A DNA stretch of 64,000 nucleotides from Verrucomicrobia bacterium CG1_02_43_26 (GCA_001872735.1 MNWT01000005.1:205312-269311); one strand, 5' to 3'; numbered from the stretch's first letter, positions 37,811-47,958 are shown. Notes: generated by a model not told the origin, from the letters alone. Numbers and translations are program-made.

Positions 37811-38206
37811 TTAGAAAAGCTTTCTCTTAAAAGCTGGGTTAGTATTATTCTGTTGGTTGGCTAGATGGGCTTGCCTATTTTCCAGATAAAGGCATTTTGA
37901 ATCTAGGTGCCGGGGTGTCGTTTCTTTGACCCGAGAAATACCGGTTAAATCAGGCTTTGGTGGAGCAAATTTAACAACTGGTTTTTTAACAGTTATCTTT
38001 TTTGTTATTTTCGAAGGTTTAGAGATCTTATTCTTTTGCTCTGTTTCATTAAGGTTTATCTTCAAGTTCTTTTTAAACAACTGGGAAATTTCCTCCTCAG
38101 TAATGTCCTTGATCTTGTCGCCCTTGTTTTCAGATTTATTATCTTTTTTATTCTGGATATTTTGGGAAGGAACATATCCACCACCAATGTTAATTTTATT
38201 ATTCAT
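37811..38206 (-). CDS. Lys/Asn-rich basic hypothetical protein
   Basis: 131-aa ORF in an AT-rich stretch, with no TM helix and no recognised motif. An alternative-frame ORF on the opposite strand makes the coding status less certain. Confidence 0.45.
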   Translation of the reverse strand: MNNKINIGGGYVPSQNIQNKKDNKSENKGDKIKDITEEEISQLFKKNLKINLNETEQKNKISKPSKITKKITVKKPVVKFAPPKPDLTGISRVKETTPRHLDSKCLYLENRQAHLANQQNNTNPAFKRKLF

Positions 38207-38458
38207 ATTTTTATAATAAGTTTACTTTAATTGACTCAATCGATATAAATTTTATACCAATTGAGGTAAATTGCCATAAAATACCTAAAAGAGCAATAGG
38301 AAAAATAAATAATTAACACTAAATTGCTAAATACTTCAAATTAACGGGGTTTTAAATGAAAATAATACAGATTTGGCTAATCTAAAAAACGTTATCCATG
38401 AATTTAATAGCCATCGATTAAACGTTTCTAGCGTAAGTCCTTTTGTAGCTGCAAAAAA

Positions 38459-39148
38459 TCAGCGAAAGAGGTTGTACTTTATGATCGCATAAATGGCACG
38501 GAAACCGTCTTTCCAATTGATTTTCTTGCCCTCTTGGTAGGTTCGCCCGGAATAACCGATACCGACTTCAAAGATGCGGCAGCCGCTTTTGGCTAATTTT
38601 GCGGTGATTTCAGGCTCAAAGCCAAAGCGGTTTTCCTCGAGCTTAATCTTCTGGATGATTTCACGGCGCACCATCTTGTAACACGTCTCCATGTCTGTTA
38701 GATTGATGTTGGTGAGCATGTTTGAGAAAAAGGTCAACAGCTTGTTACCGACCATGTGCCAAAAGAAGACGACCCGGTGGGGTTCTGCGCCGATAAAACG
38801 CGAACCAAAAACGGCATCTGCCTTACCCTCTTTTATCGGTTGGAGTAGTTTTGGGTACTCTTGAGGATCATATTCTAAATCCGCGTCTTGAACAATAATC
38901 ACATCGCCTTTTGCCTGAGCGATACCGGTTCGTAGCGCGGCTCCTTTGCCCTGATTAGTTTCATGGTAAAATTTGCAACAAAGCGGCATATCGATTTCAT
39001 TTTCTAAGATCTCACGCGTACCATCCGTGGAACCATCATCGACAACGATAATTTCCCGTAACGCCACAGGTGCGTTTGCTACGCGTTCCAAGAGCTGTTT
39101 AATCGTATCTTTTTCGTTATAGACGGGGACAACTACAGAAATATTCAT
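38459..39148 (-). CDS. GT2 polyprenol-phosphate glycosyltransferase (Dpm1/GtrB/ArnC-like)
   Basis: [31 protein letters not shown] (DXD) and [12 protein letters not shown] at 39148 is preferred over the track start at 39208. Confidence 0.88.
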   Translation of the reverse strand: MNISVVVPVYNEKDTIKQLLERVANAPVALREIIVVDDGSTDGTREILENEIDMPLCCKFYHETNQGKGAALRTGIAQAKGDVIIVQDADLEYDPQEYPKLLQPIKEGKADAVFGSRFIGAEPHRVVFFWHMVGNKLLTFFSNMLTNINLTDMETCYKMVRREIIQKIKLEENRFGFEPEITAKLAKSGCRIFEVGIGYSGRTYQEGKKINWKDGFRAIYAIIKYNLFR

Positions 39149-39271
39149 GCCGAAAAGAGAAGGTGTAAATTCAAACGTAATTATAGAGAGCCACGCAAAG
39201 GAAAGCAATTACTAGATACGACCATATTTGAATTGTCAGCTTAAAAGTAAAATGAATATGATAACGAGATC

Positions 39272-39958
39272 ATGCTTTTTCGGCACAAGCTATTTATCCC
39301 CGGCCTGACTGCCGCCTTAGTCATCACTGCCGGCATTATTCTGTATTATTTTTTTGGCGCTGATTTAGATCCAGTGCGCGCCATTGAACAATTTTCCCGG
39401 CACTTATCGGCATTAGCAAAACTGCACCCTGCTTACTTAATCCTGGCGATCACAATTGCTCCCGCAGTGGGCATACCCGTTAGCCCCCTGTACATCCTTT
39501 CCGGCATTGCCTATGGTACGCAAGCAGGCATCATTTATTCCACAATTGGAGTAGCCCTTAATATTGCGCTTACCTATTGGGTTGCTAGACGATTCTTAAA
39601 CAAATTCATCCAAAGGCTTTTGACTCGCTTTAATTACAAAGTGCCCGAAGTGCCCAAAAAGCATCACTGGAAGATGGTTGTGGCCGTAAGAATCATGCCC
39701 GGGGTACCCCTTCCGGTACAAAATTACATACTTGGGCTAACAGCAATCCCCTTTTGGACGTATTTTACTTTTTCCTGGATCATACAATTCCTCTGGGTAA
39801 TTGGTTATGTAGTAACCGCAGGATCTATCTTCAAAGGGCATATGAAACTAGCTTTATTTGGCATCGCATTTATGATTGGAGTTGCTGTAATCTTACAACT
39901 CGTACGAAAGCGCTATGTCAAACTTAAGAAAGCCCAAATTGAAGACGATGGAGAGTGA
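39272..39958 (+). CDS. TVP38/TMEM64 (DedA-related) family membrane protein
   Basis: Five or six TM helices and the (R)xxPxxPxxxxNY-like motif RIMPGVPLPVQNYILG typical of this family. Confidence 0.75.
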   Translation: MLFRHKLFIPGLTAALVITAGIILYYFFGADLDPVRAIEQFSRHLSALAKLHPAYLILAITIAPAVGIPVSPLYILSGIAYGTQAGIIYSTIGVALNIALTYWVARRFLNKFIQRLLTRFNYKVPEVPKKHHWKMVVAVRIMPGVPLPVQNYILGLTAIPFWTYFTFSWIIQFLWVIGYVVTAGSIFKGHMKLALFGIAFMIGVAVILQLVRKRYVKLKKAQIEDDGE

Positions 39959-41138
39959 TCAGATTCTCTCTGTCTCTGATTTTAACGCGCGTGTAAAAAC
40001 AATCTTGGAAAACGAAATTCCGCCCTGTTGGGTTCGTGGGGAAGTTTCCAATTTACGACACCAATCCAGTGGGCATATTTATTTTTCATTAAAAGACGCT
40101 AATAGCCAGATCTCAGCGGTACTCTTTAAAGGCTATGCTGCCCAAATTTCGTTGCAACTAGCGGAAGGCATGCAAATTCTCGTCTTTGGAGAAATCAATG
40201 TCTATGAACCACGCGGGCAGTATCAACTCATCGCTCGATTTATTTTGGAAGACGGGCAAGGGCAATTGCAACTCGAGTTTAATCGCCTTAAAGAAAAGTT
40301 AGCCAACGAAGGTTTATTTGACACAGATAAAAAGAAAAGCCTCCCCCCTATCCCTCGCACAATCGGCTTTATAACCTCTCCTACAGGCGCGGCGATACGA
40401 GACTTCATAAGCATACTCAAACGACGTGGCTGGCAAGGCACCGTCATCATTTTCCCCTCTAACGTTCAAGGCACGAGTGCGGCCGCTGAAATGATCGAAC
40501 AGTTAAGAATCGCACAGGAGTTTAATAAGCTAGACCTGCTTGTAATCGGCCGAGGCGGCGGAAGCATCGAAGATCTATGGGCCTTTAATGAAGAGCCCTT
40601 AGTGCGGGCTGTTGCCGCGTGCACCCTTCCAATTATTTCTGCCGTGGGACATGAAATAGATTTTGTACTGACCGATTTTGCGGCAGACAAACGAGCAGAG
40701 ACTCCTTCCGCAGCCGCAGAGTTAATCTCATCCCTCTACCTGGATTGTGTTTCACGCGTTAATCATATCAAAAAAACACTACACCCATCTCGATTCTCCC
40801 CAATTTTAGAAAATTATGCGCTGAAGCTAGACGATAAAGAAAACAGACTCTATCAATCCCTCACGCAACGATTACGCGGAGCCAAGGATATGCTTAAAAG
40901 CGCGGAAAATCGATTAAGCGCAATCTCCCCCGCGCATAGCCTACGCGCCCACAACAAGCACGTAGAACAACTACACAAGCGATTAGAATCATGTAACCCG
41001 GCCAACATCCTCAATCGCGGGTATGCTTGGGTGCAAGGCAAAAACAAAGTTTTTATAGAAAACAAAGCATCCGCCCAAAAAGAAGCCGTTCTTACTATCA
41101 CCTTCAAAGACGGCCAAATTGAAGCCGAAAGATTATAA
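39948..41138 (+). CDS. xseA: Exodeoxyribonuclease VII large subunit
   Basis: LSVSDFNARVKTILE...VRGEVSNL OB-fold N-terminus, a catalytic core (GRGGGSIEDLWAFNEE ... SAVGHEIDF) and a coiled-coil C-terminus. ATG at 39948 is preferred over 39915. Confidence 0.92.
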   Translation: MESDQILSVSDFNARVKTILENEIPPCWVRGEVSNLRHQSSGHIYFSLKDANSQISAVLFKGYAAQISLQLAEGMQILVFGEINVYEPRGQYQLIARFILEDGQGQLQLEFNRLKEKLANEGLFDTDKKKSLPPIPRTIGFITSPTGAAIRDFISILKRRGWQGTVIIFPSNVQGTSAAAEMIEQLRIAQEFNKLDLLVIGRGGGSIEDLWAFNEEPLVRAVAACTLPIISAVGHEIDFVLTDFAADKRAETPSAAAELISSLYLDCVSRVNHIKKTLHPSRFSPILENYALKLDDKENRLYQSLTQRLRGAKDMLKSAENRLSAISPAHSLRAHNKHVEQLHKRLESCNPANILNRGYAWVQGKNKVFIENKASAQKEAVLTITFKDGQIEAERL

Positions 41139-41145
41139 GCGGGCT

Positions 41146-41706
41146 CTACACAATCCTGCTACAAGAAGCCTCAGCCGCAAGCAACTGCTGCTTCAGAGGA
41201 ACACCCCACGCATAGCCACCGATACCCGTTACCCCTAAAACGCGATGACACGGCACAATGACCGCAATGGAATTAGCACCCACGGCTCCACCAACGGCTC
41301 TAGCCCCATTATCGCAACCCAATTCTTTAGCAATATCGCCATAAGTTCTGGTCTCCCCCCGTGGGATGGCGAGCAGTGAACGCCAAACAGCCCTCTGAAA
41401 AGGCGTTCCGATTAATGCGAGCTTGGGCAACATGGTTGTTCGGCCTAAAATCGCATCTTCCAACAATCGGCTATAATCGGCCTTCATGGATTCAGCCATG
41501 GCCTCGCAGGCTACGCCCCAACGTTTCTGGGTATAGCGCATCACTTCAGATAAATCAGCCTGCTTCAATCCGATAACAAAACAAAGGGCATCTTCGAGCA
41601 CACCCACACCCCAGTAACCAAAGTCGTTGCGAACACACGCAACGGTAATCTTCGGCGACGGCGCGCCTTGTTTAAAAAAATCTTTTTCTAATTCAATAAC
41701 AGTCAT
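41146..41706 (-). CDS. ogt: Methylated-DNA--protein-cysteine methyltransferase
   Basis: Active-site PCHRV motif and an upstream FQRAVWRSLLAIPRGETRTYGDIA helix-turn-helix. ATG at 41706 is preferred. Confidence 0.9.
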   Translation of the reverse strand: MTVIELEKDFFKQGAPSPKITVACVRNDFGYWGVGVLEDALCFVIGLKQADLSEVMRYTQKRWGVACEAMAESMKADYSRLLEDAILGRTTMLPKLALIGTPFQRAVWRSLLAIPRGETRTYGDIAKELGCDNGARAVGGAVGANSIAVIVPCHRVLGVTGIGGYAWGVPLKQQLLAAEASCSRIV

Positions 41707-41827
41707 GGCTACAAAACTAGTGAACAAATTTTCATTGCTTTTTGCAACCAAATTTTTTACGCATTGAAGTAACACAACAAACAATCTAAAAACAATAGAA
41801 ACTCAAAAAAACAATCCTTAAACAAAT

Positions 41828-42940
41828 ATGGCACAACCAAAATCAAATCCATCTAGCAAAAAAAACTCCTCCTACGAGCGGTCATCCGACAACAAGACAC
41901 TGGAACTCGCCATGTCTGCTATCAACAAACAATTCGGCGATGGTGCCGTCATGCTCATGGGATCATCCTCAAAAATGCAGGTTTCTACTATTTCCACCGG
42001 CTCCGTAGCTATTGACTTAGCATTAGGCGTAGGCGGACTGCCACGCGGCCGCGTCTGTGAAGTTTTCGGCCCAGAATCTTCCGGAAAAACAACGTTTTGC
42101 CTAAGTGTTATCGCCGAAGCACAACGCAGAGGGGGCAATGTTGCCTTTATCGATGTAGAGCACGCCCTGGATCCCCGTTACGCAGGCCTGGTTGGTGTGG
42201 ACATCGCTAGCTTGATCGTTTCGCAGCCAAATTGCGGTGAAGACGCCTTAAACATTGCGGAAACCTTAATTCGTTCCGGCGAAATCGATGTCGTTGTCTT
42301 GGATTCCGTTGCTGCTTTGGTATCGCGCGCTGAACTTGATGGCCAAATGGGAGATGCTACAATCGGCCTACAAGCTCGCATGATGAGCCAAGCGATGCGC
42401 AGGTTAACGGCTACAATCAGCCAAACAAAATGCGTTTGTATCTTTACAAACCAAATTCGCGAAAAGATCGGCGTCATGTTCGGAAGCCCGGAAACCACTC
42501 CAGGCGGCCGTGCGCTCAAGTTTTTTGCGTCTATTCGCATTGACATACGCCGTATTGGAGCGATTAAAGAATCCAACGGTAAAGTAATTGGTAACCGTAC
42601 CCGCGTGAAGATTGTTAAAAACAAGGTTGCGCCTCCCTTCACCGAATGCGAATTCGACATTATGTACAATGAAGGCATTTCCAGAACAGGTTCTTTAGTC
42701 GACCTAGGATGCACCTACAAGATCATTGAAAAGAAAGGTGCCTGGTTCTCCTACAACGGCCAATTAATCGGCCAAGGGCGTGAAGCTGCGAAGCAACATA
42801 TTAAGGAAAACCCGGATATAGCTGAAGAAATCAGTAAGGCCATTATGAGCCAAGTTCAAGTTGCCGGAGGCATGTCTTTAGGCGGCAGTGATGAATCTTT
42901 TGCCGATAGCGAAGAAAAAGCTTTAGCCACAGCGGATTAA
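41828..42940 (+). CDS. recA: Recombinase A
   Basis: GPESSGKTT Walker [19 protein letters not shown] and [20 protein letters not shown]. Confidence 0.97.
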   Translation: MAQPKSNPSSKKNSSYERSSDNKTLELAMSAINKQFGDGAVMLMGSSSKMQVSTISTGSVAIDLALGVGGLPRGRVCEVFGPESSGKTTFCLSVIAEAQRRGGNVAFIDVEHALDPRYAGLVGVDIASLIVSQPNCGEDALNIAETLIRSGEIDVVVLDSVAALVSRAELDGQMGDATIGLQARMMSQAMRRLTATISQTKCVCIFTNQIREKIGVMFGSPETTPGGRALKFFASIRIDIRRIGAIKESNGKVIGNRTRVKIVKNKVAPPFTECEFDIMYNEGISRTGSLVDLGCTYKIIEKKGAWFSYNGQLIGQGREAAKQHIKENPDIAEEISKAIMSQVQVAGGMSLGGSDESFADSEEKALATAD

Positions 42941-43021
42941 TTTGATAGATTATCCTTGTCTTCCCAAGTGCCTTATGCCCCATAGGGCACTTGGCATTTA
43001 CCGTTATTACCCAAAGAAATC

Positions 43022-43741
43022 ATGGAATGCACTCAGCAAAGCCAGCGAAAGGATCTATCGACGTGGAAGTTTCGCTTTAGGCAATTTAAGGCAATGATAT
43101 CAGACGATTTCGCGTTTTATAGCCGATTATCATTTTTAAAAAAGGAATTGTATCGTCTTTGGGTCTGCAGACGAAAAGGAGCCTTTCAACTAAATGCCGA
43201 TTTTTTTAGAGGCTCAAAAGACCCACGAGAGTCGAACGCCTATGGTGAAACTCCCTTAAGGGTAATGGATATTATAGCTCGTATTACAGGGCTTCATTCT
43301 GGTGATGTATTTTATGATTTGGGCTCATCTACCGGCAGGACTTCCTTTTTTTTAAACGAATTTTACGGCTGTAACGTTATTGGAATAGAGCTGAACTCGG
43401 AACTTTTCAACAATGCTAAAAAAGTTTTAAACAAATTTCCAAATCCCCGTGTAACGTTTCGCGAGGCAAACTATTTTGAAATTGATTATTCAGAGGCAAC
43501 CGTTGTTTATCTCTTCAGCACCTGTGTTACAGACATAGGCATGCTTGATTTTGCAAAGGCTCTTGCTACGGCTCGAAAGGGAACTAAAATTATTACTGTA
43601 TCCAAATCACTGATGAACCTTCAATGCAACCCGGATTCTGACGAAGCGAATGCTAAGATTTCTCAGTTTAAACTTTTAGCAGAAAAACTCCTTCCTTACA
43701 TCTTTGGGTATATTACTGTATATTTTCATGAAAAAATATAA
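43022..43741 (+). CDS. Class I SAM-dependent methyltransferase (substrate unknown)
   Basis: Motif I VFYDLGSSTGR and post-I acidic IGIELN. I cannot assign a subfamily. Confidence 0.65.
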   Translation: MECTQQSQRKDLSTWKFRFRQFKAMISDDFAFYSRLSFLKKELYRLWVCRRKGAFQLNADFFRGSKDPRESNAYGETPLRVMDIIARITGLHSGDVFYDLGSSTGRTSFFLNEFYGCNVIGIELNSELFNNAKKVLNKFPNPRVTFREANYFEIDYSEATVVYLFSTCVTDIGMLDFAKALATARKGTKIITVSKSLMNLQCNPDSDEANAKISQFKLLAEKLLPYIFGYITVYFHEKI

Positions 43742-43845
43742 TCCATTTAAAATATTGATTGTAAATGGAAACCCTCAAAGAAACGATTCAACGCATCAAA
43801 GGCTATTATTATTGGGGAAAAGCAACGGTTTACATACATGAAAAA

Positions 43846-45048
43846 CTATAAGCTGTCCTGAAATAAGTGGGCAATTTTTTCGGCATTTTTTACCGCGTCA
43901 AAATTCTCCTCCACCCACATGCGTGCTGCCTTAGCAATTTTTTGATAGGTTTGCTGGTCTTGCGCAAGCGTTTCTAGAGCACTTACCCAAGCGTCATCAT
44001 TATCATAATCATTTACAAGAAACCCATTTTCGCCGGTACGGATCACTTCCGGCAAAGCGGAAACGGTAGAAGCCACTACAGGAACTCCCTTAGCCATGGC
44101 TTCACCGACAACATTAGGAAAACCATCACGATCACCCGATTTTGCCACAACACCGGTAAACAAAAAGACATCCGCCCAATCCAGCATACTTTCCGTTTTA
44201 CTGTAACTGAGCCAACCCGGCATCTCAACCGACTGTGCTAAGCCTAGCGTGCGAATCTGGCTAACAAGCTCATCTCGCAAAGGGCCCTCGCCAATAATTT
44301 TAGCCTGAAAGGGAAGGCCCTTTTCTTTTAACGCTTTATAAATGAGCAATTGCCGAGCATAGCCCTTTTTCTCAACCAAGCGACCTACGGAGATAATTCG
44401 CAGCGGCGCATGGGCACCCTCTTCTACGGATTTAATCGACGGCATCGGCATCAAACCGCGTCGGATCATTTTAATTTTATCCGCAGCTATCCCTTTGGAC
44501 ACCATTTCCGTTTTAGCGACTAGCGTTGATGTATGCACAAAAGATGCCTCCTTTGCTTTTTCCGCAAGAAAGGCATCTCCACTGTATTCAAAAACATCAT
44601 ACGCATGTGCTCCCATCGAAAACGGTATATCCGTAAAACATTTGATAACCCAAGCGGCCATTGCGGGCATAGACGCCCATGCGGCATGAATATTCGTGTA
44701 GCCTTTCCGCTTGAAACAATGAGCGTACAGCAGTCCAAAAGCCGCGCCCAGAAGATTTTCACCAAAGTTCTCCCAGCCATGGCGTTTCTTAAAAAATAAG
44801 CGCTTAACAAATGCCCAAACGACAGCTGGCTTCTTAACACTCCAATAAGCCAGCAGAAAAGGAACGAACACCAACCAATATTTAGGAAACAAGCGAACGG
44901 GTTGTTCCTCAAAAGAACGCTCTCCGCCCCACAAGGAATAGATATCAAAATCAATTCCCAGCTCACGCATGCCCCGCACCTCTCGTTGAAGAAAGGTCTC
45001 CGAAGATTTAGGAAAAGTTGTGAAAATATACGCGACTTTTAGCTTCAT
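43846..45048 (-). CDS. Glycosyltransferase family 4
   Basis: EX7E-type motif RDGFPNVVGEAMAKGVPVV and an N-terminal MKLKVAYIFTTFP. The start at 45048 (or 45066) overlaps the 3' end of the upstream GT28 gene. Confidence 0.85.
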   Translation of the reverse strand: MKLKVAYIFTTFPKSSETFLQREVRGMRELGIDFDIYSLWGGERSFEEQPVRLFPKYWLVFVPFLLAYWSVKKPAVVWAFVKRLFFKKRHGWENFGENLLGAAFGLLYAHCFKRKGYTNIHAAWASMPAMAAWVIKCFTDIPFSMGAHAYDVFEYSGDAFLAEKAKEASFVHTSTLVAKTEMVSKGIAADKIKMIRRGLMPMPSIKSVEEGAHAPLRIISVGRLVEKKGYARQLLIYKALKEKGLPFQAKIIGEGPLRDELVSQIRTLGLAQSVEMPGWLSYSKTESMLDWADVFLFTGVVAKSGDRDGFPNVVGEAMAKGVPVVASTVSALPEVIRTGENGFLVNDYDNDDAWVSALETLAQDQQTYQKIAKAARMWVEENFDAVKNAEKIAHLFQDSL

Positions 45049-46225
45049 TGGCGGCTTCGTTTGCAAAACTCATTAACTTCCCAAAAAAGGCTTCAGGAGT
45101 GGGCTCGGCTTCCTTTAAGTCTCTAAAATTTTTCAACAACGCCTGGTAATCACTTCCCTTATCCTTCCAGGCTTCTATCAAGCGATCAAACTGCTTTATC
45201 GATGAAAAGATACGCGTTGCGTTATTCTTTTTGAAAAATTTAACGGTCACTTTCTCTTGGGGCATCATGCCGTTTAAGCGATTAAAAATAATCGGCGTGC
45301 CCAGAAAAAGGCATTTAGCAGCGGTGTTCCCCCCGCCTTTAGCAATCACAATATCGCTCGCTTGTATTAATTGACGCACCCTGGAGGAATGACCTTCTAA
45401 AAATAGTTCAAAATCGGAATGCTCTTGTTTCCATTTAGAAACTCGCTGGAAAGTGCTTTGGCTGCGACCACACACAACAACCGCTTGCACGGATTTCTTA
45501 TACTTATAGAGAACATTTAATAAAGGAAGGTGGTTATTCGCGCCGTTGCCACCTGTTGTCAAAAAAACGGTAAATTTTTCTCGGTCTAACCCAAGTTCAT
45601 TTTGCCGATAATCTTTCTTTCCATCCTCTTGCAATCGGTCTTCATGAACGCGAGGAGCAAATAAGCCTAAATATACACTGGAGCGTTCTTTAGGCGCGCC
45701 CAGTTTAAGGGCAAATTTTTGTGCCATGGCCGTTCTAGAGATATACCAGTCGGAAGATGAATTTACCCAGTTTATGCTAAAGCCGAATCCTCCGGAAAAT
45801 TCCCCACAATAGGTGACACATTTCACATGATCTTTTCCAAGAATTTTTCGAGCTAACTCAAAATAGCCTAGATTTAAGAAATCGTGGACGCTGATAATCA
45901 AGTGCGGCTTGAAGTCGCGAATCAATCCCTCAAAATATTTTTTCCCAACTAATATATTCCATCGCGCTAACTGCCCTACTATTTCTATAATAAACCAATA
46001 AATATAGTGCACAAAAGGGGCGTAGCGTTGAATAAAATTGTAAAAATCTACGCCGAAGTTACCGGTTGAAGACGCGTTTTCTAAAAAGTGCTCCACTTTA
46101 ACGTCCACGGCCTCACCATATAACTTCTGAAACCAATCACGCATTGCGTAAGCACGCGCATCATGCCCACTCCCGGTACTCGAAGTCAGGATCAAGACAC
46201 GTCTTGCTATTGGCTTGCTGTCCAC
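45008..46225 (-). CDS. MGDG-synthase/UgtP-like diacylglycerol glycosyltransferase (GT28 family)
   Basis: N-terminal VLILTSSTGSGHDARAYA, typical of the monogalactosyldiacylglycerol-synthase-like family, and a C-terminal GT-B half (KGGGNTAAKCLFLGTP). Confidence 0.75.
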   Translation of the reverse strand: MDSKPIARRVLILTSSTGSGHDARAYAMRDWFQKLYGEAVDVKVEHFLENASSTGNFGVDFYNFIQRYAPFVHYIYWFIIEIVGQLARWNILVGKKYFEGLIRDFKPHLIISVHDFLNLGYFELARKILGKDHVKCVTYCGEFSGGFGFSINWVNSSSDWYISRTAMAQKFALKLGAPKERSSVYLGLFAPRVHEDRLQEDGKKDYRQNELGLDREKFTVFLTTGGNGANNHLPLLNVLYKYKKSVQAVVVCGRSQSTFQRVSKWKQEHSDFELFLEGHSSRVRQLIQASDIVIAKGGGNTAAKCLFLGTPIIFNRLNGMMPQEKVTVKFFKKNNATRIFSSIKQFDRLIEAWKDKGSDYQALLKNFRDLKEAEPTPEAFFGKLMSFANEAANEAKSRVYFHNFS

Positions 46226-46233
46226 GATCCCAT

Positions 46234-47499
46234 TTAGCCGTTATATTGGCCAAAAATCAACCCAACATTCGCGCCGCCAAAGCCACTACTGTTAGCTAAA
46301 ACATAGCGAGGCGCCTTATCTTGGGTTTCTGTTATCACGTTGTAAGGCTTTGCCCTTTCGTCTAATTCTTCAATATTAGCGGATCCGGGAATAAATTTTT
46401 CTTTAATCGCTAACAAACTGAAGGCAGACTCCATGATACTCGCCAAGGATAGGCCATGTCCCGTCAATGCCTTAGTGCTACTAATAGCGGGTTGGTACTT
46501 TGCGTGAGGGAATATACCTTCAATTGCTTGCAATTCGGCTATATCACCAGGGAAAGTTCCTGTAGCGTGGGCATTAATGTAGTCTATATCTTTAGGATCT
46601 ACTCCGGAATACTTGAGTGCGTTGCTCATAGCATCATGCAGACCCTTTCCTTCAGGGTCCGGTTTAGCCGGGTGATAACCATCTGTGCCTTGGCCCCAGC
46701 CCATCATTTCGGCGTAAACATTGGCTCCTCTTGCCTTCGCAAGGCTCTCTTCTTCTAAAATGGCAACAACTGCGCCTCCGGTACCCACAAAACCGTCTCT
46801 ATTCTTATCAAAAGGACGTGATGCTTTATCCGGATTGGTTGAGGTGCTCAATACCCGCATAGACGCAAAAGGTAAAATATTAACGAGGGTACAATCTTCT
46901 CCCCCTACAACAATCATCCGATCTTGAAAACCTTGCTTAATTTGGTCGTATGCATGTCCTAATGCGTGGCCGGAAGAAGCACAAGCGGATGCAAATCCGA
47001 CGGACGAGCCGCGTATATGGTAACTTGCTGTTAAATTAAAGTTTAATGTGCCTACGATTCCTCCAATCATACTTGTTGGCGAACAACGCATCACACCTTT
47101 CTCAAACATTTTCCCGAGATGATTCCACATAACGTACGTGGAGCCAGAAGATGCCGTATATAAGCCAGTACGGGGGTTAGAAATCTCCTCTTCAGTCAAA
47201 CCGGCTTCTTTGAGCGCTTGGTTCATCGCATAATAAGAATAAAATACGTGAGGAGATAAACCACGCATCACGCTAAGAGGCAGTTTTAAATCGGGTGGGC
47301 CCGTCCAATCCTCCGGCTGAATCGAGCTTGTATTAAAACCCTTAATGGTTGCAGCCAATTTTACCGGTATATTATCTTTTTGAAATTCGGGAAACAGCTC
47401 TATGCCATGTCTTAATTCACGTAAATTCTTAAGTACGGTACCTTTATCATTACCAATACTGGTTACAAACCCTAATCCTGTTACAACAACCCGCCTCAT
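46234..47499 (-). CDS. Beta-ketoacyl-ACP synthase (KAS I/II type)
   Basis: Active-site Cys (ACASSGHAL) and the two His motifs (NAHATGT and LTGHGLS). C-terminal GFGGANV. Confidence 0.9.
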   Translation of the reverse strand: MRRVVVTGLGFVTSIGNDKGTVLKNLRELRHGIELFPEFQKDNIPVKLAATIKGFNTSSIQPEDWTGPPDLKLPLSVMRGLSPHVFYSYYAMNQALKEAGLTEEEISNPRTGLYTASSGSTYVMWNHLGKMFEKGVMRCSPTSMIGGIVGTLNFNLTASYHIRGSSVGFASACASSGHALGHAYDQIKQGFQDRMIVVGGEDCTLVNILPFASMRVLSTSTNPDKASRPFDKNRDGFVGTGGAVVAILEEESLAKARGANVYAEMMGWGQGTDGYHPAKPDPEGKGLHDAMSNALKYSGVDPKDIDYINAHATGTFPGDIAELQAIEGIFPHAKYQPAISSTKALTGHGLSLASIMESAFSLLAIKEKFIPGSANIEELDERAKPYNVITETQDKAPRYVLANSSGFGGANVGLIFGQYNG

Positions 47500-47500
47500 G

Positions 47501-47950
47501 TTACTTCAAAAAATCAAATGCTAATGTCAACCCCTCAACAGAGAGCACCTTCTCTCCATCCTTCCTAATATAACCATCAAAACGCATTAAAGGAGGACGT
47601 ACTCGTTTCAATTGTATTCTCATCTCTAATAAATCCCCTGGGCGACATACATTATGGCAGCTCAAGCGATCTGATGAGGTAAACATGACTCGTTTATTAT
47701 CCACCGGCATCGTTAATTCCGGTTGTTTTGTCGTCAATAAAAAGAGAACCGCAAGTTGCCCCAACGCTTCCATCATAATAGAAGCAGGGAATATCGGTTC
47801 CTCCTTAAAATGACCTTTTAAAAAATCTTCGCTTCCGGTAACTTGATAAAGCCCCGAAGCAGTCTTTTCCTCTAACGTAGCGCTATCTAAGAATAAAAAT
47901 GGCTCCTGATGGGGCAAAATAGATCGAATACGCGCTCTGTCCATTTCCAT
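47501..47950 (-). CDS. FabZ/FabA-like 3-hydroxyacyl-ACP dehydratase (hot-dog fold)
   Basis: ILPHQEPFLFLD and GHFKEEPIFPASIMMEALGQ motifs. 1-nt gap to the KAS gene. Confidence 0.85.
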   Translation of the reverse strand: MEMDRARIRSILPHQEPFLFLDSATLEEKTASGLYQVTGSEDFLKGHFKEEPIFPASIMMEALGQLAVLFLLTTKQPELTMPVDNKRVMFTSSDRLSCHNVCRPGDLLEMRIQLKRVRPPLMRFDGYIRKDGEKVLSVEGLTLAFDFLK

Positions 47951-47958
47951 AAAGCACT

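Noticed and set aside
42178-42714. A 178-aa minus-strand ORF antisense to recA.
   Set aside because: recA is unambiguous on the plus strand. This is a shadow ORF with no recognisable features.
42961-43000. A hairpin after recA (CCAAGTGCC-N12-GGCACTTGG) as a terminator.
   Set aside because: The stem is reasonable, but the loop is long and there is no U-tract. Support is too weak to list it as a feature.
44520-44966. A 148-aa alternative-frame ORF within the GT4 gene. Similar nested ORFs occur in feoB (50372-50833) and the GH3 gene (52639-53067).
   Set aside because: They are nested in motif-supported genes and show no independent evidence of coding.
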